A DNA stretch of 64,000 nucleotides from Burkholderiales bacterium (GTDB taxonomy: Bacteria; Pseudomonadota; Gammaproteobacteria; Burkholderiales; Burkholderiaceae_C). The notes under the pieces were generated by a model. It was not told where the DNA came from. It saw nothing but the letters and a program-made list of their open reading frames with translations, and ran no database searches. The stretch is taken from contig JAFKGD010000015.1 of NCBI GenBank assembly GCA_017307855.1, positions 33,496 to 97,495 of the forward strand, written 5' to 3'. The position numbers and the translations under genes were made by a program. Below, one piece after another: positions 9,020 to 18,392 of the stretch (position 1 is its first letter; each line of letters starts with the position of its first letter).

Positions 9020-9805
9020 ATGCTGTTCCTCCTGTCTCCCGCCAAGTCGCTCGACTACGACACCCCCGTGGCCTCTGATCTGCCGCACACGCTGCCGGGC
9101 TTCGTGCGCGATTCGGCCGAACTGGTCGACGTGCTCAGGGACAAGACGCCGGCCGACCTGTCCTCGCTGATGTCGATCAGCGACGAGCTGGCGGCGCTCA
9201 ATGCCGCGCGATTCGGCGCGTGGAAGCCCCGCTTCACCGCCGCGAATTCGCGCCAGGCCGCGCTGGCCTTCGATGGCGATGTATACGGCGGGCTCGATGC
9301 GCGCAGCCTCACCGCGCGCGAGCTCGACTGGGCGCAGCAGCACCTGTGCATCCTCTCGGGCCTGTATGGCGTGCTGCGCCCGCTCGACCGCATGCAGCCG
9401 TATCGCCTGGAGATGAGCACGAAACTGGCCAACGCGCGCGGGCGCGACCTCTACCAGTTCTGGGGCGAGCGCATCTCGGCCTACCTCAACGAACGCCAGG
9501 CGGGCGAGAAGTCGCCCGTGGTCGTCAATCTCGCGTCGCAGGAGTACTTCCGCGCGGTGGACCGCAAAGTGCTGGGCGCCCGCGTGGTCGAGTGCGTGTT
9601 CGAGGAAAAGCGGGCCGGCGGCTACAAGATCATCAGCTTCTCGGCCAAGCGCGCGCGCGGCCTGATGGCCCGCCATGCCATCCGCCACCGCATCGCCACC
9701 GTCGCCAGGCTCAAGACGTTCGATGCCGAAGGCTATGCCTTCGCCCCCGACGCCTCGGATGAGGACCGCCTCGTGTTCCGGCGCGAGGCCGCGCCGGCCC
9801 GATGA
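9020..9805 (+). CDS. yaaA: Peroxide stress protein YaaA (DUF328/UPF0246)
   Basis: 261 aa. The N-terminus MLFLLSPAKSLDYDTPV is the YaaA signature start. Confidence 0.9.
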   Translation: MLFLLSPAKSLDYDTPVASDLPHTLPGFVRDSAELVDVLRDKTPADLSSLMSISDELAALNAARFGAWKPRFTAANSRQAALAFDGDVYGGLDARSLTARELDWAQQHLCILSGLYGVLRPLDRMQPYRLEMSTKLANARGRDLYQFWGERISAYLNERQAGEKSPVVVNLASQEYFRAVDRKVLGARVVECVFEEKRAGGYKIISFSAKRARGLMARHAIRHRIATVARLKTFDAEGYAFAPDASDEDRLVFRREAAPAR

Positions 9806-9866
9806 CCTTCCAACCGGGCGCGCGGCCACGCCGTGTGCCCTTCATGCGATTCAAGGAGCCCCTGCC

Positions 9867-10718
9867 ATGAGCCGTCAAGCCGTCACGCCCGAACTGCGCC
9901 AGTGGATCGTGGAGCAGGCGCGCGCCGGCCATGGACCCGAGGCCGTGCTCAAGTCCATGCTGGCCTCGGGCTGGGACGAACCGGTGGCCGTCGATGCGCT
10001 CGAAGCCACGCTCAAGACCCACCTGGAAGAAGAAGCCGTGGCGCGCGGCCTGCCGCCGGCCGCCAGCGTGCCGGAGCCCGCGCTGCAGGAGTCGCCGCTC
10101 TACCTCGACGGCGGCGACCGGCGCGTGCACGTGCTGCAAGCCATGTACAACCCGCGCGTGGTGGTCTTCGGCGGTCTGCTGTCCGACGAGGAATGCGACT
10201 CGCTCATCGATGCCGCGCGTCCGCGCCTGGCGCGCTCGCTCACCGTGGCCACGCAGACCGGCGGCGAAGAGGTCAATGCCGACCGCACCAGCGACGGCAT
10301 GTTCTTCGCGCGCGGCGAGACCGACGTCATCGCGCGCATCGAGCGGCGCATCGCGCGCCTGGTCAACTGGCCGGTGGAGAACGGCGAAGGCCTGCAGGTG
10401 CTGCACTACACGCCTGGCGCCGAATACAAGCCGCACTACGACTACTTCGATCCGGCCGAACCCGGCACGCCCACCATCGTGCGCCGCGGCGGCCAGCGCG
10501 TGGCCACGCTCGTGATGTACCTCTCGGAGCCCGAGAAGGGCGGCGGCACCACCTTTCCCGACGTGCACCTCGAAGTCGCGCCCAAGCGCGGCAACGCCGT
10601 CTTCTTCAGCTATGAGCGCCCGCATCCTTCCACCCGCACGCTGCATGGCGGCGCGCCGGTGATCGCGGGTGAGAAATGGATCGCCACCAAGTGGCTGCGC
10701 GAACACGAGTTCAACTGA
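9867..10718 (+). CDS. Prolyl 4-hydroxylase-like 2OG-Fe(II) oxygenase
   Basis: Start re-set to [10 protein letters not shown], with RBS AAGGAG at 9853-9858. P4Hc-like core KPHYDYFDP...[21 protein letters not shown]...GNAVFF...[20 protein letters not shown]. Confidence 0.85.
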   Translation: MSRQAVTPELRQWIVEQARAGHGPEAVLKSMLASGWDEPVAVDALEATLKTHLEEEAVARGLPPAASVPEPALQESPLYLDGGDRRVHVLQAMYNPRVVVFGGLLSDEECDSLIDAARPRLARSLTVATQTGGEEVNADRTSDGMFFARGETDVIARIERRIARLVNWPVENGEGLQVLHYTPGAEYKPHYDYFDPAEPGTPTIVRRGGQRVATLVMYLSEPEKGGGTTFPDVHLEVAPKRGNAVFFSYERPHPSTRTLHGGAPVIAGEKWIATKWLREHEFN

Positions 10719-10725
10719 GCTTCCG

Positions 10726-11571
10726 ATGACCTACGAGACCAATTCCCCGCTGGGCAAGGCCACCGCCTACGCTGACCAATACGACCCGGCGCTGCTGTTC
10801 CCGCTGCCCCGCCTGGCCAAGCGCGAAGAGATCGGTGCTGGCGCACGGCCGCCGTTCTTCGGCGCCGACCTGTGGACGGCTTACGAGCTGTCGTGGCTGA
10901 ACCCGCGCGGCAAGCCGCAGGTGGCGCTGGCCCACATCACGGTGCCGTGCGAATCCACCCACATCGTCGAGAGCAAATCGTTCAAGCTGTACCTCAACAG
11001 CTTCAACGGCACGCGCTTCACCGATGCCTCCGAGGTGCAGGCGAAGCTGCGCGCCGACATCTCGCAGGCCGTCTGGAGCGGCGGGCCGGTGCAGGCCTCG
11101 GTGGGCGTGCGCGTGGTGATGCCCGAGCAGTTCGGCACGGAGCGCGTAGCCGAACTGGCCGGGCTGTCGCTCGACCGGCTCGACATCGAATGCACGCGCT
11201 ATACGCCCGCGCCGGATCTGCTCACGGCCGCGTTCGACGAGCAGCCGGTGGACGAAGTGCTGACCTCCGACCTGCTCAAGAGCAACTGCCTCGTGACCAG
11301 CCAGCCCGATTGGGGCAGCGTGCAGATCGCCTACAGCGGCCCGCAGATCGAGCAGGCCGGTCTGCTGCAGTACCTGGTGAGCTTCCGCAACCACAACGAG
11401 TTCCACGAGCAGTGCGTCGAGCGCATCTTCATGGACGTGTGGACGCGCTGCCGCCCGGTCAAGCTGGCGGTGTATGCGCGCTACACGCGGCGCGGCGGGC
11501 TGGACATCAGCCCGTTCCGAACCAGCCATCCGCAGGCGCTGCCGGCGGCCGTGCGCAACGCCAGGCAATGA
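10726..11571 (+). CDS. queF: NADPH-dependent 7-cyano-7-deazaguanine reductase (two-domain type)
   Basis: Start re-set to [29 protein letters not shown]. Motif [12 protein letters not shown], and the length fits bimodular QueF. Confidence 0.9.
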   Translation: MTYETNSPLGKATAYADQYDPALLFPLPRLAKREEIGAGARPPFFGADLWTAYELSWLNPRGKPQVALAHITVPCESTHIVESKSFKLYLNSFNGTRFTDASEVQAKLRADISQAVWSGGPVQASVGVRVVMPEQFGTERVAELAGLSLDRLDIECTRYTPAPDLLTAAFDEQPVDEVLTSDLLKSNCLVTSQPDWGSVQIAYSGPQIEQAGLLQYLVSFRNHNEFHEQCVERIFMDVWTRCRPVKLAVYARYTRRGGLDISPFRTSHPQALPAAVRNARQ

Positions 11572-11665
11572 GGGCACACGACACCGCCGTGCGGCTATGT
11601 CAAAAGACATGGTGTCTGCTGCCGCGCGTGCCTAAGATCGGCTCGATGCCCAGAATGCCCGCCCG

Positions 11666-13825
11666 ATGAATCCCACCCCCGACGAGTTCCAGGTCACGCT
11701 GGCCAACTGCGACCGCGAGCCCATCCACATTCCCGGGCGTGTGCAGTCGCATGGCGTGCTGGTGGCCTTCGGCGCGGGTGGCGTGGTCACGCACATCAGC
11801 GCCAATGCGGGCGCCATTCTGGGCGAGTTCGCGCCGGCCCTGGGCCAGTCGCTGGCCGACACCTGCTTCGGGCAGAACGCACAGATGCTGCATGGCGTGC
11901 AGGAATGCCTGCGCGACGACGGCCCCGACGTGCAGCCGGTCGCGCTCGAGGTCGAGCTGCTCGGGCGCCGCATGGAAATGGTGGCGCATCGCCACCAGGG
12001 TGTCACCCTCATCGAGCTCGAACCGTTGCCCGACGACGACCGCCGCTTCGACAACCACGCCTTCCAGGGCCATCGCGCGCTGGGCCGCCTGCGTCGCCAG
12101 CGCACCATCGAAGACCTGCTGGCCGCGGCCGTGCAGGAGGTGCGCCGCCTCACCGGGTTCGACCGCGTCATGGCCTATCGCTTCCGCCACGACGACAGCG
12201 GCGATGTGGTCGTCGAAGACAAGCTCGAGAGCCTCGAGCCCTTCGCGGGCCGTCGCTATCCGGCCAGCGACATTCCGGCCCAGGCGCGGCGCCTGTACGT
12301 GCTGAACACGCTGCGCAACATCGTCGACGTCGCCAGCCCCACCGTGCCGCTGGAAGTGTTCGACCCCGAGGCGCCGCCGCTGGACATGAGTCATGCGCTG
12401 CTGCGCGGCGTCTCGCCGGTGCACATCGAATACCTCACCAACATGGGCGTGCGTGCGTCCATGAGCATCTCGATCGTGATCAACGGCTCGCTGTGGGGCA
12501 TGCTGGCCTGCCACCACATGCAGCCGCACGTCGTGCCCTACCGTGTGCGCACGGCCTGCGACGTGCTGGCCCAGGTGCTGGCCGCCAACGTGCAGGGCCT
12601 GATGGCGCGCAGCCATGCGGCGCGCATGGAGTCGGCGGCGTCGGTGCGCACGCAGGCCATCCAGCATCTGCTGCATGCCGATGATGGCATTTTCGCGCTG
12701 CAATCGCGCGCCCAGGCGCTGTGCGACATGCTGGAAGCGCAGGGCCTGGTGCTGGCCAATGGCGGTCGGGTCGCCGTGCATGGCGGCCTGCCCGTGGCCG
12801 CCGGGCGCGCGCTCGTCGCCTGGCTGGAAGAGCAGGCCACCACCACGCGCGACTCGTTCGTGAGCCGGAACTGCCTGGACGACGTGCCCGCGCCGCTGCG
12901 CGAGACGCTCGGCGTCTGGTGCGGCTTCCTGGCGGTGCGCTTCGCGCCGGCCAGCGGCGGATGGCTGGTCGCGCTGCGCAAGGAACAGGTCGAAACCATC
13001 GCCTGGGGCGGCCGGCCCGAAAAGGAATACGTGCACGGCCCGATGGGCACGCGGCTCACGCCGCGCGGCTCGTTCGACGTGTGGAAGGAAACCGTGCGCG
13101 GCCAGTGCGTGCCCTGGAACGGCGCGGACCGCGAGATCGCGCAGGCGCTGCTGGCCGAGCTGATCCGCGCGGCATCGGTGCGCGGCGCCGAAGTGGCGCA
13201 TGCGCGCACGCACCTGCTGTCGATGCTCGGCGTGGCCAGCGGTGGGGACACCGACACGGCGGCCGCACCCGCCGAGGCGTCGTCGGCCGCCGGCCGGCTG
13301 CGCCACGTGGTCGGCCAGGTGCTCGACGCCTCGCGCCTGTCTTCGGGCACCGGGTTCGAACTGCGTCCCGAGGCGCTCGACCTCAGTGCCCTGGTGCGGG
13401 AACTGCTCGACCAGAAGGGCGAGGCCTATCCCGACACCCGCTTCGTGCGCGAACTGCCGCGTCAGCTGATGCTGCAAGGCGATGCGCAGCGCCTGCGCCA
13501 GCTGATCCAGAGCCTGCTGTCCAACGCGCGCGTCCACGGCGCACCGGGCGAGCCCATCTTCGTGCAGCTGGCCGAAAGCGACGGCACGGCCGTGCTGGAC
13601 GTGAGCAACACCGGCGACGCGATCGACCCCGCCGCCGTGGATGCCCTGTTCGATCCGCTGCGCCGGCCCACGCCCGGCGAGCGCGCAGGCGGGCTGGGAC
13701 TGGGCCTGTACATCGCGCGCAGCATCGCGCGTGCCCACGGCGGTGAACTGGACTACGCCTTCGCCGATCCCTTCGTGGTGTTCTCGCTCACCCTGCCGGT
13801 GCAGGCCGCCGTCGTCGCGGCCTGA
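11666..13825 (+). CDS. bphP: Bacteriophytochrome sensor histidine kinase (PAS-GAF-PHY-HK)
   Basis: 719 aa. N-terminal LANCDREPIHIPGRVQSHG carries the biliverdin-binding Cys (codon 11708-11710). GAF motifs DIPAQARRLY and SPVHIEYLTNMGVRASMSISI. C-terminal HATPase boxes (NARVHG, SNTGDAID, GGLGLGLYIARSIA). The H-box region is atypical. Confidence 0.9.
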   Translation: MNPTPDEFQVTLANCDREPIHIPGRVQSHGVLVAFGAGGVVTHISANAGAILGEFAPALGQSLADTCFGQNAQMLHGVQECLRDDGPDVQPVALEVELLGRRMEMVAHRHQGVTLIELEPLPDDDRRFDNHAFQGHRALGRLRRQRTIEDLLAAAVQEVRRLTGFDRVMAYRFRHDDSGDVVVEDKLESLEPFAGRRYPASDIPAQARRLYVLNTLRNIVDVASPTVPLEVFDPEAPPLDMSHALLRGVSPVHIEYLTNMGVRASMSISIVINGSLWGMLACHHMQPHVVPYRVRTACDVLAQVLAANVQGLMARSHAARMESAASVRTQAIQHLLHADDGIFALQSRAQALCDMLEAQGLVLANGGRVAVHGGLPVAAGRALVAWLEEQATTTRDSFVSRNCLDDVPAPLRETLGVWCGFLAVRFAPASGGWLVALRKEQVETIAWGGRPEKEYVHGPMGTRLTPRGSFDVWKETVRGQCVPWNGADREIAQALLAELIRAASVRGAEVAHARTHLLSMLGVASGGDTDTAAAPAEASSAAGRLRHVVGQVLDASRLSSGTGFELRPEALDLSALVRELLDQKGEAYPDTRFVRELPRQLMLQGDAQRLRQLIQSLLSNARVHGAPGEPIFVQLAESDGTAVLDVSNTGDAIDPAAVDALFDPLRRPTPGERAGGLGLGLYIARSIARAHGGELDYAFADPFVVFSLTLPVQAAVVAA

Positions 13826-13843
13826 GCGCGGCGCCATCGGCGG

Positions 13844-15022
13844 TCAGAACAGCTGTCCGGTGGTGTCCTCGTCGCGGGGCATGCCGGCCGCATCGTCGTC
13901 GCCGGGTCGTGACAGCGAGCCCACGCGCACGCCCAGCAATCTGAGCCGCCGGGTGAGGTCCACGCGCTTGAGGCACTGGCCGGCGATGCGGCGGATGGTG
14001 GCGGCGTCCTGCGTGGCCACGGCGATGGTCTGGTCGCGCGTGACGATGCGGAAGTCGTCGTAGCGCAGCTTGATGCCGATGGTCTTGCCTACGTAGCCCT
14101 TGCGCTGCAGGTCGTCGGCTACCTTGGTTGCCAGGCGGGTGAATATCTCGCCCAGCTCGGCGCGGTCGCGCACGGCATGCAGGTCGCGATCGAAGGTGGT
14201 CTCGCGGCTCATCGAGACAGGCTCGCTCTCGGTGATCACGGGCCGGTCGTCGCGGCCCCAGGCGGCGTCGTGCAGCCAGGCACCGTAGCTCTTGCCGAAG
14301 TTCTCCACCAGCCAGCCCCGCTCTCGCGCAGCCAGCTCGCCGATGGTGCGGATGCCGTGGCCCGCCAGCTTCGCGTCGGCCTTGGGGCCGATGCCGTTGA
14401 TCTTGCGGCAGGGAAGCGGCCAGATCTTCTGCTGCAGGTCGTCTTCGCCGACGATGGAGATGCCATTGGGTTTGTTGAACTCGCTGGCCATCTTGGCCAG
14501 CAGCTTGTTGGGCGCCACGCCGATGGAGCAGGTCAGGCCCGTGGCTTCGAAGATGCTTTTCTGGATGAGCCGTGCCAGCACGCGCCCGCCTTCGCGCTGG
14601 CCGCCGGGCACGTCGGTGAAGTCGATGTAGACCTCGTCCACGCCACGGTCCTGCATCAGCGGTGCGATGTCGGTGACGATGGCTTTGAACTGGTGCGAGA
14701 AGCGGCGCACCTCGTCGAAATCCACCGGCAGCAGGATGCAGTCGGGGCACAGCTTGGCGGCCTTCATCAGCCCCATGGCCGAGCCCACGCCGAACTGGCG
14801 CGCGGCATAGGTGGCGGTGGTGGCCACGCCGCGTCCGGCGTAGTCCTTCAGGCGGGGAAATTCGTCCACTGGCAGGAAGGCGCCGCGGTCGAGCACGGCA
14901 TCGGCGCGGCGGCGGCCGCCGCCGATCACCACCGGCTGGCCCTTGAGCTGCGGGTAGCGGAGCAGTTCGACCGACGCGTAGAACGCGTCCATGTCGAGAT
15001 GGGCGATGCGGCGGACGGGCAC
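13844..15022 (-). CDS. dinB: DNA polymerase IV
   Basis: 392 aa. RIAHLDMDAFYASVELLRYPQLKGQPVVIGG, Y-family polymerase. Confidence 0.92.
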   Translation of the reverse strand: MPVRRIAHLDMDAFYASVELLRYPQLKGQPVVIGGGRRRADAVLDRGAFLPVDEFPRLKDYAGRGVATTATYAARQFGVGSAMGLMKAAKLCPDCILLPVDFDEVRRFSHQFKAIVTDIAPLMQDRGVDEVYIDFTDVPGGQREGGRVLARLIQKSIFEATGLTCSIGVAPNKLLAKMASEFNKPNGISIVGEDDLQQKIWPLPCRKINGIGPKADAKLAGHGIRTIGELAARERGWLVENFGKSYGAWLHDAAWGRDDRPVITESEPVSMSRETTFDRDLHAVRDRAELGEIFTRLATKVADDLQRKGYVGKTIGIKLRYDDFRIVTRDQTIAVATQDAATIRRIAGQCLKRVDLTRRLRLLGVRVGSLSRPGDDDAAGMPRDEDTTGQLF

Positions 15023-15046
15023 GTCGTGATTGTCGCGTGCGACGGC

Positions 15047-15955
15047 CTACGCCGCCCGGCGCTGCAGCGCCCCCAGATGCCGTCGCAACAGGTCCCACAG
15101 CTCGGTGGCCGGCGTGCCGAGCACGCTGTCGTGGCGCCGCATGAGGCCGATGCGGCGCACCACCGGCGGCGATCCCAGGGGCCGGGTGCGCAGCGTTTCG
15201 CCGCCGCCGGCCGACAGCGCCAGACGCGGCAGCACACCGATGCCCACGCCGCCGCGCAGCAGGCCGAGCATCGACGACAGGTGTTCCACCTCGTCGAACC
15301 ACGGCGGCGGCAGGCCGCGCTCGGCCAGCGCTGCATCGACCTGCTGCCGGTTGGCGCTGCTGGAGCGCAGCATGACCACGCGCCACTGGTGCAACTCGTC
15401 CCAGCCCACGCGGCGGCGCCGTTCCAGCGGATGGCCCGGCGCGAAGGCGATCACGTAGGGATCGTCGGCGCAGTGCTCCACGGCAAGCTCCTGGGTGCCG
15501 GTGCCCAGCATGCCGACACCGAATTCGGCCTCGCGTGCCAGCACGGCCTGCGCCACGCGCTGGCCGGTGTCGTCCCGCAGGTTCAGGCGCAGCTGCGGAT
15601 AGCGGGCCCGGAAGTCGTGCAGCACCGCGGGCAGCACCGTATGCGCCACGGTGGTGAGGCAGGCCACGCTGAGGCGGCCGGCCTCGCCGCGGGCATGGCG
15701 TGCGGCGTCGAGCACGCTGTCGTCGAGTTGCCTGAGCACGTGATCGGCCTGGTCGGCCAGCGCCTGCCCCAGCGTCGTGAGCGCGGCGCGGCGCGTGGTG
15801 CGCACCACCAGCGGGCCGCCCACGGTCTGCTCCAGCTGGGCGATGCGGCGGCTGAAGGCCGACTGCGTGATGTGCATGCGCTCGGCGGCGCGCACGAAGC
15901 TGCCCAGGTCGCGCAGGGCGATCAGCGCCCGCAGATCGTCAGGTCGGTAATTCAT
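15047..15955 (-). CDS. LysR-family transcriptional regulator
   Basis: 302 aa. wHTH LRALIALRDLGSFVRAAERMHITQSAFSRRIAQLE. Divergent from the 16027 gene. Confidence 0.88.
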   Translation of the reverse strand: MNYRPDDLRALIALRDLGSFVRAAERMHITQSAFSRRIAQLEQTVGGPLVVRTTRRAALTTLGQALADQADHVLRQLDDSVLDAARHARGEAGRLSVACLTTVAHTVLPAVLHDFRARYPQLRLNLRDDTGQRVAQAVLAREAEFGVGMLGTGTQELAVEHCADDPYVIAFAPGHPLERRRRVGWDELHQWRVVMLRSSSANRQQVDAALAERGLPPPWFDEVEHLSSMLGLLRGGVGIGVLPRLALSAGGGETLRTRPLGSPPVVRRIGLMRRHDSVLGTPATELWDLLRRHLGALQRRAA

Positions 15956-16026
15956 GCATGCAGATCAAGAATTCATCTTCAAATGTCAATTTACATCATG
16001 GATGGCGCTCACCAGAATCGCGCCCC

Positions 16027-16350
16027 ATGCCCATCGTGAAGTTCTTCTGCCATGACCCGCAGCCCACTGCCGCAGCCGCGGAGACCCTGGCCGCGCGCGT
16101 CGAGGCGCTGTGCCGGCACGAACTGGCGGCCAGTCCGGACGCGATCGAGGTGCTGCTGGTGCCGTCGCTCGTGCTGCGCGGACCGCAGGTGCTGGTCGAG
16201 GCGCACTTCCGCGCCCAGCCGCACCGCGGGCCGCAGGCGGTGGAGCGTTTCATGGACGGCCTCGAAGAGGCATCGATCCGGCACCTGGGGCGGCGGCCCC
16301 GCATCCGCTGCTTTCCGGTCGACGGCAACGCGCTGGGAGCGCGCAATTGA
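16027..16350 (+). CDS. Tautomerase-superfamily-like small protein (DUF1904-like)
   Basis: Start re-set to MPIVKFF (Met-Pro start typical of Pro1 tautomerases). 107 aa. The assignment is tentative. Confidence 0.45.
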   Translation: MPIVKFFCHDPQPTAAAAETLAARVEALCRHELAASPDAIEVLLVPSLVLRGPQVLVEAHFRAQPHRGPQAVERFMDGLEEASIRHLGRRPRIRCFPVDGNALGARN

Positions 16351-17336
16351 ACGCACCTGCCGCATCCACGCCGACGCTGCGCCTGCGCGCCATCCACAGC
16401 TTCTTCGTCGGCGGCCGCACGGTGGCGCTGCAGGGCCTGCCGGTGGAACAGCACCGCTTCGCGCAGAACGGCGCGGCGCGCGCGGTGGATCCGAACGGCC
16501 ACTACCGCAGCGGTCAGATGTACGTGCAGGCCTTCCTGCAGGCGCAACCGTCGGGTCGTCCGCCGGTGCTGCTGTGGCACGGCGGCGGCATGACCGGCGT
16601 CAACTGGGAAACCACGCCCGATGGCCGGCCGGGCTGGCGCGATGCCTTCCTGCGCGCCGGCTACGACGTTTACGTGAGCGATGCGGTCGAGCGTGGGCGC
16701 GCGGGCTGGTCGCGCTGGCCCGACATCTATGAAGCGCCGCCGCTGCACCGCACGCTGGAGGAGGGCTGGGACATGTTCCGCATCGGCCCCGCCGGCGGCT
16801 GGCACGAACATGCCACGCAGCGCCGCGCGCACCCGGGCGGCCAGTTTCCCGCGGCCGCCTTCGATGACTTCGCCACCCAGTGGGTGCCGCGCTGGGCCGG
16901 CCACGAGGCCCTCACGCTGGCCGCCTACGACGCGCTGCTGCAGCGCATCGGCCGCTGCATCGTGATCGGCCACAGCCAGGGCGGCGGCTTCGCGCTCGAG
17001 GCTGTGCGCCGCCGGCCGCACGACGTGGCTGCCGTGGTCGCCATCGAGCCGTCGGGCGCACCGGCCCAAGCCGGCGCCACACTGCCGCCGCATCTGTACG
17101 TATGGGGCGACCACGTGCAGGCGCATCCGGTGTGGCGCGGCTACCGCGAGACGGTCGAGCGCCATGCCCAGGGCGTGCGCGCGGCGGGTGGCCGAGCCGA
17201 CGTGCTGGATCTGCCGCGCGAGGGCGTGCATGGCAACTCGCATTTCCCCATGCTGGACCTCAACGCAGCCGACGTGGCCGGCCGCGTGCTGTCCTGGCTG
17301 GATGGCGTGCTCGAGCCGCCTGACCCCGCCACCTGA
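16347..17336 (+). CDS. Alpha/beta hydrolase
   Basis: Nucleophile elbow IGHSQGG. The in-frame TTG at 16347 overlaps the upstream stop (TTGA), suggesting coupling. The track ORF start at 16110 overlaps the previous gene out of frame. The exact start is uncertain. Confidence 0.7.
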   Translation: MNAPAASTPTLRLRAIHSFFVGGRTVALQGLPVEQHRFAQNGAARAVDPNGHYRSGQMYVQAFLQAQPSGRPPVLLWHGGGMTGVNWETTPDGRPGWRDAFLRAGYDVYVSDAVERGRAGWSRWPDIYEAPPLHRTLEEGWDMFRIGPAGGWHEHATQRRAHPGGQFPAAAFDDFATQWVPRWAGHEALTLAAYDALLQRIGRCIVIGHSQGGGFALEAVRRRPHDVAAVVAIEPSGAPAQAGATLPPHLYVWGDHVQAHPVWRGYRETVERHAQGVRAAGGRADVLDLPREGVHGNSHFPMLDLNAADVAGRVLSWLDGVLEPPDPAT

Positions 17337-17368
17337 TTCCGATCCCCCGACTTCCTGGAGACAACACC

Positions 17369-18340
17369 ATGCAAAGACGATCACTTCTTCACACCTGTGC
17401 CGCCCTCGCGCTGCTGGGCACCGGCGTGCGCGCCCAGGCCCAGGCCGGCGACTGGCCGTCGCGGCCCATCCGCATCATCGTGCCCTTCGGTGCTGGCAGC
17501 GGCAACGACATCGTGGCGCGGCTTATCGGCGACCACCTGTCGCGTGCGCTGGGGCAGGCGGTCATCGTGGACAACCGCGTGGGCGCCAACGGCAGCATCG
17601 GCGCCGATGCGGCGGCGCGTTCGGCCCCGGACGGCTACACGCTGTTCGTCACCACCAACACCACGCAGGCCGCCAATCCGAGCCTGATGAAGAAGATCGG
17701 CTACGACCCGGTGAAGGATTTCGCCCCCATCGGCCGCATCGCCAACACCCCGGCCATGCTGGTGGTGCACCCCTCGGTGCCGGCCCGCTCGATGGCCGAG
17801 CTGATCGCGCTGGCCAAGTCCAGACCCGGCAAGCTGAGCTATGCCTCGGGCAGTGCCGGCACGCTGGTGCCCGGTGCCATGCTCACCAGCATGGCGGGCA
17901 TCGACATGCTGCACGTGCCCTACAAGACCATTCCGCTGGGCCTGAACGACGTGGTGGCGGGCCAGGTCGACATGATGTTCACCGACATGGCCACGGGCAC
18001 GCCCCAGGTCAAGGCCGGCAAGGTGCGCGCGCTGGGCGTGAGCAGCCTGGAGGCCTCGCCCGTGTTGCCCGACGTGCCGCCCATCGACCGCACGCTCAAG
18101 GGCTTCGAGCTGCTGGCCTGGTATGCGATGTATGCGCCGGCCGGCACGCCGCAGCCCATCGTCGAACGGCTCAACCGCGAGATCCAGGCAGCAGTGGGCA
18201 GCGCCTCGATGCGCGAGCGCCTGCTGGCGCTGGGGCTGCAGCCGGTGACCAGTACGCCGCAGCAACTGGCCGACTTCGGGCGCGACGAACTGGCGAAATG
18301 GACGCGGCTGATCCGCGCGGCGGGCATCCAGCCCGAGTGA
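17369..18340 (+). CDS. Bug/TctC-family substrate-binding protein
   Basis: 323 aa with a signal peptide. WPSRPIRIIVPFGAGSGNDIVARL...VDNRVGANGSIG...APDGYTLF. Confidence 0.9.
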   Translation: MQRRSLLHTCAALALLGTGVRAQAQAGDWPSRPIRIIVPFGAGSGNDIVARLIGDHLSRALGQAVIVDNRVGANGSIGADAAARSAPDGYTLFVTTNTTQAANPSLMKKIGYDPVKDFAPIGRIANTPAMLVVHPSVPARSMAELIALAKSRPGKLSYASGSAGTLVPGAMLTSMAGIDMLHVPYKTIPLGLNDVVAGQVDMMFTDMATGTPQVKAGKVRALGVSSLEASPVLPDVPPIDRTLKGFELLAWYAMYAPAGTPQPIVERLNREIQAAVGSASMRERLLALGLQPVTSTPQQLADFGRDELAKWTRLIRAAGIQPE

Positions 18341-18392
18341 ATTCCCGCATGGCGCCAGACTTGACGCAAGTCAAGACAGATGGCGTACTGGC

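Noticed and set aside
15940-16026. LysR T-N11-A box in the 15955/16027 divergent spacer (ATTCAT repeats)
   Set aside because: ATTCAT occurs twice, but I could not define a convincing dyad with T-N11-A symmetry. It is too weak to report as a feature.
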